A stretch of DNA of 64,000 nt from Gemmatimonadota bacterium (lineage in GTDB: Bacteria > Gemmatimonadota > Gemmatimonadetes > Gemmatimonadales > GWC2-71-9): assembly GCA_039591655.1 (NCBI GenBank), contig JBDHDE010000002.1, positions 1-64,000 on the forward strand, read 5' to 3'. Below the pieces are notes generated by a model that worked only from the letters and a program-made list of their open reading frames with translations, had not been told where the DNA came from and ran no database searches. This document shows, one piece after another, positions 34,263-44,327 of this stretch (its first letter is position 1; every line of letters begins with the position of its first letter). A program made the translations under genes and the position numbers.

Positions 34263-34742
34263 TTACGCGCCTCCCAGAGAGGCGATGGCGAACACCTGGA
34301 GACCCCTGCCCCGCCCCACGGAGTCCATCTTCTCGTTCGTCTTGGCCTTGATCGAGACGGCATTGAGGGGAATCGCCAGCGCGCCGGCCACGTTCTCGCG
34401 CATCGCGTCGATGTACGGGGCGAGCTTGGGAGCTTCGGTGATGACCGTGACGTCCACGTTAATGATGGCGTAGCTGGCCGCCACTATGCGCCGCCGCACC
34501 TCCCGCAGGAGCTTGATCGAGTTCGCGTCCCGCCACCTCTCGTCAGTGTCCGGGAAGAGCGCGCCAACGTCCCCCATGGCGGCGGCTCCGAGGAGCGCGT
34601 CGATCACCGCGTGGGCCACGGCGTCTGCGTCGGAGTGCCCCTTGAGTCCCTTGGTGTGCTCGATCTTCACACCGCCCAGGATGAGCGGCTTCTTCTCCAC
34701 GAAGACGTGGGAGTCGTAGCCGATACCGAAGCGCTGTCGCAT
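34263..34742 (-). CDS. ispF: 2-C-methyl-D-erythritol 2,4-cyclodiphosphate synthase
   Basis: GIGYDSH, GHSDAD, DALLGA, FPDTD, KAKTNE. Confidence 0.95.
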   Translation of the reverse strand: MRQRFGIGYDSHVFVEKKPLILGGVKIEHTKGLKGHSDADAVAHAVIDALLGAAAMGDVGALFPDTDERWRDANSIKLLREVRRRIVAASYAIINVDVTVITEAPKLAPYIDAMRENVAGALAIPLNAVSIKAKTNEKMDSVGRGRGLQVFAIASLGGA

Positions 34743-34880
34743 GGCAAGATGATAGGGGATAAGAGGATAGAGCGGTAGTGCAGCGCCGGAGCATACCCTG
34801 TCGGAGGCCGTCGAGGGGCAGGAGGAGGTGGACGCGCTGCTACGGGACTCCCGTGCGGACGCGCCCGATGCCGACGCGGA

Positions 34881-35291
34881 CTAGTCCCGTGGGGCGTTCA
34901 GGATCCGCAGCGCCAGCAGTGCCGCGTTCTTGGCGTTCCCGATCCCCACGGTCGCAACCGGGCAACCGGGCGGGAGCTGCGTGATGGCGTACAGCGCATC
35001 GACCCCCCGCAGCGGGCCCACGTCCAACGGCAACCCCACCACGGGCAGGTCGGTAAGGGCGGCCACGGCCCCGGGGAGCGCCGCCGCCAGTCCCGCGGCG
35101 GCGATGATCACCCGGTAGCCCTTATCCTTGGCGCTTCTCGCGACCTCCGCTGTCCTCTCGGGGTCGCGGTGTGCCGACGAGACCTCGAAGTCGTAGCCAA
35201 CGCCGGCCTCGTCCAGCACCTCGAATGCACTAGCCACCCGCTCCCGGTCGCTCTCGGATCCCGCAAGGATCAACACGTGTTTCTGTGGCAT
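34881..35291 (-). CDS. purE: AIR carboxylase / N5-CAIR mutase family protein
   Basis: GSESD, SAHR, LPG, QLPPG.PVATV, NAALLA. Confidence 0.88.
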   Translation of the reverse strand: MPQKHVLILAGSESDRERVASAFEVLDEAGVGYDFEVSSAHRDPERTAEVARSAKDKGYRVIIAAAGLAAALPGAVAALTDLPVVGLPLDVGPLRGVDALYAITQLPPGCPVATVGIGNAKNAALLALRILNAPRD

Positions 35292-35297
35292 TGTCCG

Positions 35298-36347
35298 CTA
35301 CGCCGCCGCTTCCTCGGTGATAATAGAGTAGTCCTGCCGCCGACGCGCCGGTGTGAACCCGGCGTCCCGGATGTGCCGCTCCATCTCGTCCAGCGTCGCC
35401 CGGTGCGTCGTGCCGGCGGCAGAGACCACGTTCTCCTCTATCATGAGCGAGCCGAAGTCGTTGCACCCGAACCGGAGAGCGACCTGGCCGATCTTGAGCC
35501 CCATCGTCACCCAAGATGACTGCAGGTTGGGCACGTTGTCGAGCACGAGCCGCGCGACGGCCATGGTGCGCAGGTAGGTTATCGCGTCAGTCTTGGGTGT
35601 CCCTTCCATCTCCGTATGCTCCGGCTGGAGCGGCCACGCGATGAACGCCGTGAACCCCCCGGTCCGTGCCTGGACCTCCCGCACACGCATCAGGTGCTCG
35701 ATGCGGTCTGCCGGCGTTTCGCCGAGACCGTACATCATGCTCACGGAGGTCTTCATCCCCATCCGGTGGGCCAGCTCCATGATCTCGAGCCAGCGGTCCG
35801 CACCCGCCTTCTTCCGGGCCACGCGGTCCCGCACGTCCTGCACCAGGATCTCGCCGCCGCCGCCGGGGATGGAATCGAGCCCCGCCGTCCCGAGCTCCCG
35901 GAGCACGTCCTGGGCTGTCATGCGGAATCTGGTGGCGAAGAAGTCCACCTCTGACGGCGAGAAGCCATGGATGTGGATCGGGTGGTGCTGCTTCACGTAG
36001 CGCATGAGCTCGAGGTACCACTCGAACGGGATGTAGGGGTTGTGCCCGCCCTGGATCAAGATCTGCACGGCCCCCAGGGTCTTGGCCTCGTCGATCTTCT
36101 CCCCGATCTGCTCGAACGAGAGCACATAGCCCTCGTCGTGCTTGGGGCGCCTGTAGAACGCGCAGAACTTGCAGTCGGCGACGCACACGTTGGTGTAGTT
36201 GATGTTCCGATCCACGATGTACGTGACGGTGTCGCCCGGATGGCGCTCCCGCCGCTTGGCGTCCGCCAGCGCTCCCAGCTCCAGTAACGGTGCCCGCTCA
36301 TAGAGCTGGAGGGCTTCGCGGAACTCGGGTGCGCTGCGGTCGATCAT
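35298..36347 (-). CDS. mqnC: cyclic dehypoxanthinyl futalosine synthase (radical SAM)
   Basis: DRNINYTNVCVADCKFCAF, SIPGGGGEIL, NLQSSWVT, GSLMIEENVV. Confidence 0.9.
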   Translation of the reverse strand: MIDRSAPEFREALQLYERAPLLELGALADAKRRERHPGDTVTYIVDRNINYTNVCVADCKFCAFYRRPKHDEGYVLSFEQIGEKIDEAKTLGAVQILIQGGHNPYIPFEWYLELMRYVKQHHPIHIHGFSPSEVDFFATRFRMTAQDVLRELGTAGLDSIPGGGGEILVQDVRDRVARKKAGADRWLEIMELAHRMGMKTSVSMMYGLGETPADRIEHLMRVREVQARTGGFTAFIAWPLQPEHTEMEGTPKTDAITYLRTMAVARLVLDNVPNLQSSWVTMGLKIGQVALRFGCNDFGSLMIEENVVSAAGTTHRATLDEMERHIRDAGFTPARRRQDYSIITEEAAA

Positions 36348-36387
36348 GTCAGCAACAGCTCCTCCAAGCGTCTATCCCGTTCCCCGT

Positions 36388-37209
36388 TCACGCTACCGCC
36401 AGAAAGCGCAGCGTCCCGTCCGGCACCACACCGTGGGTGGCCAGCCTGCGGAAGAACGACGTGAGGCCCTCGAGATGCCCGTACGTGAGCGCATAGTCCA
36501 AGCCGCTCAGATACGCCGCGCACTGCGCGAGCGGGATCCCGGTACTACGCGATGCCTCCGCGGCCAGCACCTCCAGGTGGGCGAGGCCCCATTCCCGCGC
36601 CGCCAGCAGCGCTCCGTGCACCGTCGCCACCTGCGCCGTCGGGGCCTCCCGGCGGGCCGCCCACACGGCGAACACGAACGGCAGCCCGGTCCACCGCTTC
36701 CATTCCTCGCCGAGGTCGTAGCGCCGGGGATAGCGGCCGCCTGCGGAGAGGAGCAGTGCCGCATCTCCGATCACCAACACTGCCTCATGCGGCAGGGACT
36801 CGAGCTCCGCCAGGTCCTGCGCCTCGGTGCGCGCCTCCACTAGCTGTGGGCTCACCCGCCACACGTCCCGGCACAAGAGCTCCAGCAATTGTACGGAGGT
36901 CCGGGAGGATGCCGACACCAGCACGGTGCAGCCGTCCAGCTCCTCCACGGGACGCCGGCTGAAGAGGGCGACGCTCCGCACCGGCCCGTCGCATGAGATG
37001 GCGATGTCGGGGAGGAGATAGTAAGCGTCGGCGTTCCGCGCGTACTCCACCGCAGACACGACCGACACTTCCAGCTCTCCCGCTGCGAGGAGGCCGTTGA
37101 GCTCGGACGGTGTACCGGTGACCAACTCGGCTCCGATGTGGACCGCGCACCGATCGATGGCACCGTAGACCGGATAGCAGTTGATGTAGCCGATGCGGCC
37201 GACTCGCAT
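36388..37209 (-). CDS. mqnA: chorismate dehydratase (futalosine pathway)
   Basis: GYINCYP, GPVRSV, SRTSV, IGDAAL, DLGEEW..WTGLPFVFAVW; ATG 37209 overlaps mqnE stop. Confidence 0.88.
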   Translation of the reverse strand: MRVGRIGYINCYPVYGAIDRCAVHIGAELVTGTPSELNGLLAAGELEVSVVSAVEYARNADAYYLLPDIAISCDGPVRSVALFSRRPVEELDGCTVLVSASSRTSVQLLELLCRDVWRVSPQLVEARTEAQDLAELESLPHEAVLVIGDAALLLSAGGRYPRRYDLGEEWKRWTGLPFVFAVWAARREAPTAQVATVHGALLAAREWGLAHLEVLAAEASRSTGIPLAQCAAYLSGLDYALTYGHLEGLTSFFRRLATHGVVPDGTLRFLAVA

Positions 37210-38426
37210 CAGGCCCGCCCGGTTCCCACGAGCTGTACCAGTCCCGGGGCCGCACGGGCGCCCAACGCCAAGCCCTCCTCGGGCTGGAAGACGAGATCCT
37301 CGGGATCGAAGGTGCGTACAGTCTCGTATAGGGAGTTCCGCTCCACCGGCTCCTTGCCGGTCGCCTTGATGAGTCGCACCAGCTCGCCGTAGGAGAGCAT
37401 CATCGGGGTGTGCGCGCCCGCGTCGTGATAGACGCGCTCGTACACGACGGTGCCCTCCACGTCGTCGCACCCGAAGCTCAGTGCTACCTGTGAGACGAAC
37501 GGCGTGACCATGGGCCAGTGCGTCTTCACGTGCGGCACGTTGTCCAGGTAGAGGCGCCCCACCGCGATGTTCTTCAGATCCTCGAACCCGGTCGTCGCCG
37601 TGCCTTCGCGCTCCAGTTCCCGGCCCAGCTCGTTGTGATCGGGATGGTAGGCGAGGGGGATGTACGTGAGAAACCCCCCCGTCTCATCCTGGAGCTCGCG
37701 GAGCATCGTGAGGTGCTCCACCCGATCTGCGGCCGTCTCCACATGCCCGTATAGCATCGTGCAGTTCGACGGGATGCCCATCTCATGTGCCGCGCGGTGT
37801 ACGGCGATCCACTCCTCGGCGATGAGCTTCCGGTCGGCGATCGTGGCCCGCACTGCGTCGCTGAACACCTCGGCGCCTCCACCGGGGAGCGACGTGAGCC
37901 CCGCGTCCTTGAGCTCCTGCAGCACTTGCTCGACGGACATCTTCTCGATCCGCGCCAGGTGGGCGATCTCCACCGCCGTGAGCGCCTTGATGTGCACGTG
38001 GGGGTGGCGCTCTTTCAGGCCTCGCATGAGTTCGGTGTAGTACGAGAGGCGCAGCTTGGGATGCAGCCCGCCCACGATGTGGAACTCGGTGGTGGGGTTG
38101 TGCCGCGCGGCCTCGGCCTCGGCAAACACCTCCTCGGGAGAGCGCGTGTAGGCGCCCTCCTCCTTCGGAAGCCGCGCGAAGGAGCAGAACACGCACACAT
38201 TCCGCAGCACGCAGACGTTCGTAGGATTGATGTGCTGGTTGGCGGAGAAGAAGACCCGGTCGCCGTTGCGGCTCCGATTCACGCGATCCGCGAGCGCCCC
38301 GAGACCGAGGAGATCCGACGTCTCGTAGAGGACGAGACCCTCCTCCGGGGTCAGTCGCTCCCCCACCTCCACCTTCTCCGCGATGGGCGCGACGCGCGGG
38401 TCCCCAATCGGGACGCCGCCGCTCAT
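37209..38426 (-). CDS. mqnE: aminofutalosine synthase (radical SAM)
   Basis: HINPTNVC....CVFCSF, EFHIVGG, KALTAVEI, LPGGGAE, TMLYGHVET. Confidence 0.88.
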   Translation of the reverse strand: MSGGVPIGDPRVAPIAEKVEVGERLTPEEGLVLYETSDLLGLGALADRVNRSRNGDRVFFSANQHINPTNVCVLRNVCVFCSFARLPKEEGAYTRSPEEVFAEAEAARHNPTTEFHIVGGLHPKLRLSYYTELMRGLKERHPHVHIKALTAVEIAHLARIEKMSVEQVLQELKDAGLTSLPGGGAEVFSDAVRATIADRKLIAEEWIAVHRAAHEMGIPSNCTMLYGHVETAADRVEHLTMLRELQDETGGFLTYIPLAYHPDHNELGRELEREGTATTGFEDLKNIAVGRLYLDNVPHVKTHWPMVTPFVSQVALSFGCDDVEGTVVYERVYHDAGAHTPMMLSYGELVRLIKATGKEPVERNSLYETVRTFDPEDLVFQPEEGLALGARAAPGLVQLVGTGRA

Positions 38427-39664
38427 TCGCGGTAGCTTCCCAGCACCAGTGTCACGTTGTGGCCGCCGAACCCGAAGGAGTTGGTGAGCGATACTCCGAC
38501 CTCACGCTCCAGCTTCACGTTGGGCGCGCAGTTCAGGTCGCACTCGGGATCGGCCACTTCCTGGTTGATCGTGGGCGGGATCACGCCGTTCTCCATGACG
38601 AGCAGCGTGATGGCCGCCTCGAGCGCCCCGGTCGCGCCCAGCAGGTGCCCCGTCATGGACTTGGTGGAGCTCATGACGAGGTCGTGTGCGTGCGCGCCGA
38701 ACAACTCCTTGACCGCCTGGGTCTCGGCGATGTCGCCGTGCGGCGTCGAGGTCCCGTGCGAGTTGATATACTGCACGTCCTCCGGTGCGAGCTTGGCGTC
38801 CTCCAGGGCGGCCGTCATTGCCCGCTTTGCACCCTCGCCTCCGGGAACCGGCTGCGTCATGTGGTGGGCGTCGGCACTCATGCCGTAGCCCAGCACCTCG
38901 CCACGGATCGTGGCCCCCCGGGCAACCGCGCTCTCCAGCGACTCCACGATCAGAGTGGACGCCCCGTCGCCCATCACGAACCCGTCCCGCTCCTTGTCGA
39001 ACGGGCGGGACGCCTTCTCCGGGTCGTCGTTCCGCATGGACAGCGCCTTCATGTTGGTGAATCCCGCGATGGCCAGCGGCGTGACCGCCGCCTCGGCGCC
39101 GCCCGCGATCATCATGTCGGCATCGCCGCTCTGCACCAGCCGGAACGACTCGCCCAGCGCATGGGCCGACGAGGCGCAGGCCGACACCGTGCAGTAGTTC
39201 GGCCCCTTGGCACCGTACCTGATCGATACCAGGCCGGAGGCGATGTCCGGGATGAACATCGGTACGAAGAAGGGAGACACGCGCCGGAAGCCCTTCTCGA
39301 TCGAGACCCTGCACTGCTCCTCGAAGGTCCAGATACCTCCGATGCCGCTCCCGATGAGCACCCCCGTCCGGCCGGGGTCCGGCAGGGTACCGTTGAGCCC
39401 GGCATCGGCCAGGGCCTGCTGCGTCGCAGCCATCGAGTAGTGGACAAAGCGGTCGGACCGCTTGACCTCCTTGCGGTCCATGTAGTCCTGCGGGTCGAAG
39501 TTCTTGACCTCGCAGGCGAACCGCACGTCCAGCTCGCACGGGTCGAACCGCTGGATGGGAGCGGCCCCTGACTTACCCACGAGCAACTGCTCCCAGCTCT
39601 CGGCGGCCGTGTTGCCGAGGGGGGAGACGATGCCCAGCCCGGTTATGACGACGCGTCGCGTCAA
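38423..39664 (-). CDS. fabF: 3-oxoacyl-ACP synthase II
   Basis: SACASS, SHGTST, KSMTGHLLGA, NSFGFGG. Confidence 0.96.
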   Translation of the reverse strand: MTRRVVITGLGIVSPLGNTAAESWEQLLVGKSGAAPIQRFDPCELDVRFACEVKNFDPQDYMDRKEVKRSDRFVHYSMAATQQALADAGLNGTLPDPGRTGVLIGSGIGGIWTFEEQCRVSIEKGFRRVSPFFVPMFIPDIASGLVSIRYGAKGPNYCTVSACASSAHALGESFRLVQSGDADMMIAGGAEAAVTPLAIAGFTNMKALSMRNDDPEKASRPFDKERDGFVMGDGASTLIVESLESAVARGATIRGEVLGYGMSADAHHMTQPVPGGEGAKRAMTAALEDAKLAPEDVQYINSHGTSTPHGDIAETQAVKELFGAHAHDLVMSSTKSMTGHLLGATGALEAAITLLVMENGVIPPTINQEVADPECDLNCAPNVKLEREVGVSLTNSFGFGGHNVTLVLGSYRE

Positions 39665-39668
39665 GCCT

Positions 39669-39917
39669 CTAGGACCCCATCTTCTCGTGCAGGTACTTCA
39701 TCGCGTCGCCCACGGTACGGAGCTTCTCCGCCTCCTCATCCGGGATGTCGATGTCGAACTCCTTCTCGAAGGCCATCACCAACTCGACGGTGTCCAGGCT
39801 GTCTGCGCCCAGATCCTCCATGAAGCTGGCCTCGTTGGTGAGCTTGTCGCGCTCGACTCCGAGCTCCTCGACGATGATGTCCTTGACCTTCTCCTCGAGT
39901 TGGCTCATGTCGGTCAT
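39669..39917 (-). CDS. acpP: acyl carrier protein
   Basis: [14 protein letters not shown]. Confidence 0.97.
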   Translation of the reverse strand: MTDMSQLEEKVKDIIVEELGVERDKLTNEASFMEDLGADSLDTVELVMAFEKEFDIDIPDEEAEKLRTVGDAMKYLHEKMGS

Positions 39918-39942
39918 CTTCGATTCTCTCCGATCGAATGAG

Positions 39943-40680
39943 TTACATGACCATGCCGCCGTCCACCACCAGTACGTGGCCCGTAATGTAGTTGGACAGG
40001 TCCGATGCGAGGAAGAGCACCGCGTCGGCGATGTCCTCGGGCTGCCCGAGGCGCTGCAGCGGGATCTGGTCCTGCAGCGCCTTGCGGACGTCGTCAGACA
40101 GCTTCTTCGTCATTTCCGTATCGATGAAGCCCGGGGCGACGGCATTGACCAGGACGCCTCGGGAGGCCAGCTCCCGGGCGATGGATTTGGTGAACCCGAT
40201 CACCCCCGCCTTGGAAGCGGAGTAGTTCCCCTGGCCTGCGTTCCCCCGAATGCCCACGACGCTCGAGACGTTGATGATGCGACCCGCGCGTCGCTTCGCC
40301 ATGCCGCGGGCGACGTGCTTGGTGCAGTTGAACACGCCCTTGAGGTTGACCCGCAGAACCAAATCCCAGTCCTCTTCGGCCATCCGCATGAGGAGCCCGT
40401 CGCGCGTGATCCCGGCATTGTTCACCAGGATGTCGATGGGGCCGAGGGCCCCCTCGACCTGACCGACGGCATCCTCGACCTGCGCCGGATCCGACACGTC
40501 ACCGGCCACTCCGAACGTCCGTCCCTTGCCGGTGAGCGAAGCCGCGGCCTCCGGCGCGCCCTGGAGATCGCTGAGGCCCACGTGGGCGCCGGCTTCGTAC
40601 AGGCGCTGGGCCACGGCCAGTCCGATGCCGCGGGCCCCGCCGGTGACCAGAGCCACCTTGCCCGTGAGATCCAAAGTCAT
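39943..40680 (-). CDS. fabG: 3-oxoacyl-ACP reductase
   Basis: [24 protein letters not shown] 40680. Confidence 0.95.
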   Translation of the reverse strand: MTLDLTGKVALVTGGARGIGLAVAQRLYEAGAHVGLSDLQGAPEAAASLTGKGRTFGVAGDVSDPAQVEDAVGQVEGALGPIDILVNNAGITRDGLLMRMAEEDWDLVLRVNLKGVFNCTKHVARGMAKRRAGRIINVSSVVGIRGNAGQGNYSASKAGVIGFTKSIARELASRGVLVNAVAPGFIDTEMTKKLSDDVRKALQDQIPLQRLGQPEDIADAVLFLASDLSNYITGHVLVVDGGMVM

Positions 40681-41612
40681 GCGTGCTGCTCCAAGAAAGC
40701 GTTGACCTGTTCGGCCGTGCCGAGCGCCACCGAGCGGGTGCCCTTGGCGATCTTCCGCAGCAGGCCACTCAGCACGCCTCCCGGCCCGGCTTCCACGAAC
40801 GTGGCTCCCTCGCCCGCGTCGGCCACAGCCCGCCGCATCGACTCCACCCAGAGCACCGGCGCCGTCAGCTGCTCCCCGAGTAGCCGCCGCGCCTCGGTCG
40901 CGGTGCGGACCGGCTCCGCTGACGCGTTGGCAATGACCGGGAAAGCAGGGTCGGCGAAGGCGACCTGCCCCAGCTCGGACCGCAGCCCCTGGGCCGCCGG
41001 CTCCATGAGGGGCGAGTGGAACGCGCCGCTCACCTTGAGCGGCAGTACCCGCTTGGCTCCCGCCTCCTTGAGGGCTTTCCCTGCCCGTTCCACGGCATCG
41101 GGATCGCCGGAGATGACGCACTGGTCGGGGGCGTTGAGGTTCGCCGCCACCGCGACCTTGCCCTTCGTGCTCGCCGCCGCGCAGTGCTCGCCGACCTTTG
41201 CCGCATCCAACCCGATCACCGCAGCCATGGTGCCGGGCCGCACCTGGCCGGCCTCGAACATCAGCTCGCCCCGGCGGCGCACCAACCGGGCCGCGTCGGT
41301 GAGCCCCAAAGCCCCGGCCGCGACGTAGGCGCTGTACTCACCCAGAGAATGCCCGGCGCCGGCCACCGGCCCCAGGGCGCCCCGGGCCACTGCCCAGGCA
41401 GCCAGCGAGTGGGCCAGGATCGCCGGTTGGGCGTTGTGGGTGAGGGTGAGCTCCTCCTCGGGACCCTCCCACATCAGCTTGGAGAGGGCGACCCCGAGGG
41501 CCTGATCCACGGCCTGGTAGACCTCACGAGCCTGCGGAAACGTCTCGGCCAGATCCTTCCCCATCCCCACCTTCTGCGCCCCCTGGCCGGGGCACAGGAG
41601 CACCGCCCTCAC
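40677..41612 (-). CDS. fabD: malonyl-CoA:ACP transacylase
   Basis: PGQG, GHSLGE, VSGAFHS; GTG 41612 overlaps fabH stop. Confidence 0.95.
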   Translation of the reverse strand: MRAVLLCPGQGAQKVGMGKDLAETFPQAREVYQAVDQALGVALSKLMWEGPEEELTLTHNAQPAILAHSLAAWAVARGALGPVAGAGHSLGEYSAYVAAGALGLTDAARLVRRRGELMFEAGQVRPGTMAAVIGLDAAKVGEHCAAASTKGKVAVAANLNAPDQCVISGDPDAVERAGKALKEAGAKRVLPLKVSGAFHSPLMEPAAQGLRSELGQVAFADPAFPVIANASAEPVRTATEARRLLGEQLTAPVLWVESMRRAVADAGEGATFVEAGPGGVLSGLLRKIAKGTRSVALGTAEQVNAFLEQHA

Positions 41613-42598
41613 CACCGAACCAGGACGCTCGCCCAGGTGAAGCCGCCGCCGAACGCCACGAAGAGCACCAGGGATCCCTCCTTGATGCGCCCGCTCCGCA
41701 CGCACTCGTCCAACGCGATGGGGATGGAGGCAGCCGACGTGTTGCCGTAGCGGTCCACGTTCACGTAGACCTTGTCCATCGGGACGTGCGCATGCTTTGC
41801 CGTGGCTTCGATGATGCGGATGTTGGCCTGGTGCGGGATGAGGAGATCCACCTCCTCACCGCTCACCCCGGCTTGCTCCAACGCCCGGTCGCACGCGTCG
41901 GCCATCGAGCGCACGGCGTTCTTGAACACTTCCCGCCCGGCCATCCTGATGAAGTAGCTGCCCTCGTCGAGCATCTGCTGGTCCGGCGGATGATTACCCC
42001 CGCCGCCGGGGCGGTACAACAGCTCGCCCAACCTGCCGTCGGTCTTGAGGTACGTCGCGAGTATGCCGCGCTGGCCGTTCTCCGCAGGCTGCACCAGTGT
42101 CGCACCGGCGCCATCGCCGAACAGCACGCACGTGGTACGGTCGGTGTAGTCGGCGATGGTGGAGAGCCGGTCGCCGCCCACGACCAGGACGTTCTGTGCA
42201 GTCCGGCTCGTGACCATGCCTTCGGCGACCGACAGGCCGTACAGGAACCCGCTGCAAGCGGCGGCGATGTCGAAGGCCGCCGCGTTGGTGGCCCCCAGCT
42301 CCTTCTGGATATCGCACGCCGTGGAAGGCAGGAAGCGGTCGGGGCTGGCCGTGCCCACCACGATGCCGTCCACATCGAGCGGCGTCAGGCCCGCCGTCTC
42401 CAGCACCTGTTCGCAGGCGGCGGATCCCATGTATGCCAGGGTCTCGTGCTTCTCGGCAATGCGCCGCTCGCGGATTCCGCTACGCTCCCTGATCCACTCG
42501 TCCGATGTGTCGAGGATGCGCTCGAAGTAGGCGTTGTCCAGGATCTTGTCCGGGGTGTACCGCCCCGTCCCCACGAGCTGGACGAAGGGCCGCTTCAC
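41609..42598 (-). CDS. fabH: 3-oxoacyl-ACP synthase III
   Basis: AACSGF, LFGDGAGA, PHQANIRI, GNTSAAS. Confidence 0.96.
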   Translation of the reverse strand: MKRPFVQLVGTGRYTPDKILDNAYFERILDTSDEWIRERSGIRERRIAEKHETLAYMGSAACEQVLETAGLTPLDVDGIVVGTASPDRFLPSTACDIQKELGATNAAAFDIAAACSGFLYGLSVAEGMVTSRTAQNVLVVGGDRLSTIADYTDRTTCVLFGDGAGATLVQPAENGQRGILATYLKTDGRLGELLYRPGGGGNHPPDQQMLDEGSYFIRMAGREVFKNAVRSMADACDRALEQAGVSGEEVDLLIPHQANIRIIEATAKHAHVPMDKVYVNVDRYGNTSAASIPIALDECVRSGRIKEGSLVLFVAFGGGFTWASVLVRW

Positions 42599-43587
42599 GC
42601 TACCGCCCCGCCGCCGGCCATCTCCGCGGCGATGTGCTGGCTGAGATGCGCCTTCACGGCGTGCACCGCGACGCCGATGGCGTTCTTGATGGCCCGGGCC
42701 GGTGACTGGCCGTGGCAGATGATGGCGACGCCGCGCACGCCCAGCAGCGGCGCTCCGCCGTACTCGGCATAGTCGAGAACTTTAAACACTCGCTGCATAC
42801 CCTCGCCTTGCAGGACCTCTTGCTCCACTTCCCGCTTCAGGAACTCCTCGAACAGGTGGGCGATCGTCTCCGAGAACTTGAGCAGGACGTTCCCCACAAA
42901 GCCGTCGCACACGACGACGTCGACCTGGCCGCTCAGGATGTCGCGGCCCTCCACGTTGCCCACAAAACTGAATCCCGCTGCCTCCCTCACCAGCTCGAAG
43001 GCGGCGCGCACCGCTTCGTTGCCCTTGTCCTCCTCCTCACCGATGTTGAGCAACCCGACCGATGGGTTCCCGCGGTCCAGCACGTCTCGGGCGTACACCG
43101 CCCCGATGTGGGCGAAGCCCAGGAGCTCGCGCGGCGTGCAGTCTACGTTGGCGCCCGCGTCCAGCACGAGAGTCGGTTGGCCGCGGGAGGGCAGGACCGC
43201 TCCGATCGCCGGCCGCTCCACTCCAGCGTGCAGCCCCAGTAGCAGCGTGCTGCCCGCCATGATGGCGCCGGTGTTACCGGCTGAGATGAACGCATCGGCC
43301 TCCCCAGCCTTCTGCAATTCCAGCCCGACTCGAATTGATGACTTCCGCTTCGACCGGATGGCGGCCAGCGGCTTGTCGCCCATCTCGATGACCTCAGGCG
43401 CATCCACCACGCGAAGGCGGTCGGGGGGCGCGTCGTGGGAGGCGAGCGCCGCCTCCACCTCCGCCTTTCGACCCACCAGTTGGATCTCGCAGGACTCGGG
43501 AAGCTGCTGCAGGGCCTCCACCGCCCCCGCCACCGGGACGTGCGGGGCGAAGTCCCCTCCCATGGCGTCCAACGCGATCCGGATCAC
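42595..43587 (-). CDS. plsX: phosphate acyltransferase PlsX
   Basis: IALDAMGGD, SAGNTGA, DAGAN, CDGFVGN; GTG 43587. Confidence 0.95.
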   Translation of the reverse strand: MIRIALDAMGGDFAPHVPVAGAVEALQQLPESCEIQLVGRKAEVEAALASHDAPPDRLRVVDAPEVIEMGDKPLAAIRSKRKSSIRVGLELQKAGEADAFISAGNTGAIMAGSTLLLGLHAGVERPAIGAVLPSRGQPTLVLDAGANVDCTPRELLGFAHIGAVYARDVLDRGNPSVGLLNIGEEEDKGNEAVRAAFELVREAAGFSFVGNVEGRDILSGQVDVVVCDGFVGNVLLKFSETIAHLFEEFLKREVEQEVLQGEGMQRVFKVLDYAEYGGAPLLGVRGVAIICHGQSPARAIKNAIGVAVHAVKAHLSQHIAAEMAGGGAVA

Positions 43588-43589
43588 GC

Positions 43590-43772
43590 TCAGGCCTCCT
43601 CGACCTCGATGCGCCTTTCCTCTCCGTAGTACCCGCAGCTCGGGCACACCCGGTGCGGACGCCGGGGATCGCCGCAGCGGGGGCATGGCTGGATGGCCGC
43701 TGTCGGCGCCTTGTGATGCGTGCGGCGCTTCCGCTTACGGCTCTTCGAAGTTCGACGCTTGGGAACTGCCAT
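43590..43772 (-). CDS. rpmF: 50S ribosomal protein L32 (zinc-ribbon type)
   Basis: [15 protein letters not shown]...[10 protein letters not shown]. Confidence 0.97.
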   Translation of the reverse strand: MAVPKRRTSKSRKRKRRTHHKAPTAAIQPCPRCGDPRRPHRVCPSCGYYGEERRIEVEEA

Positions 43773-43774
43773 GG

Positions 43775-44290
43775 CTACCTCTCCTCATCGGGCCGTTGCT
43801 GCTTCAGCGCCTCCAGCTTCGCCCAGCGTGGATCGGGCTCGGGGCTACAGGAGCACGGGCCCTCGTTCAAGTCGTTGCCGCACTGCGGGCACAACCCGCG
43901 GCAATCCTCCCGGCAGAGCACGTACGGCGGCACCGCCAGGATCAGCTCTTCGCGCACCATCTCGCCGAGCTCCAGCTCGGTGGCCTGGGGCGGCACCGGG
44001 TAGGCTGCCGCGTCGTCGGCCCCGGCCTCTTCCGTGAAGAGCACCCGGAGCTCCGGTGCCACCTCCACGGAGACGTCGGCCAGACAGCGGCGGCAGCTGG
44101 CCGCCACCCGCGTACTCAGGGTCCCGTGCCAGTAGTAGCGCCCGGGACCACTCTCCATGAGCCGCCCGCGGATCCTCACGGAATCCGCGAGGACGAACTC
44201 CGCATCAGCGAGAAGTGGGTCGTCCGCTGCCACGACCCCTTGGGTCTCGATGGGGCCTTCGTCGAGCGCGCGCAAATCAACGCGCAACAT
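43775..44290 (-). CDS. DUF177 (YceD) family protein
   Basis: [23 protein letters not shown]; upstream of rpmF. Confidence 0.92.
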   Translation of the reverse strand: MLRVDLRALDEGPIETQGVVAADDPLLADAEFVLADSVRIRGRLMESGPGRYYWHGTLSTRVAASCRRCLADVSVEVAPELRVLFTEEAGADDAAAYPVPPQATELELGEMVREELILAVPPYVLCREDCRGLCPQCGNDLNEGPCSCSPEPDPRWAKLEALKQQRPDEER

Positions 44291-44298
44291 AGCCGTTA

Positions 44299-44327
44299 AA
44301 CCTATCCGAGGCCTATAGTTGCGTCAA
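44299..44327 (-). promoter_or_regulatory. sigma70 promoter for yceD-rpmF-plsX-fab operon
   Basis: TTGACG (44327-44322), 17 bp, TAGGTT (44304-44299). Confidence 0.65.
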
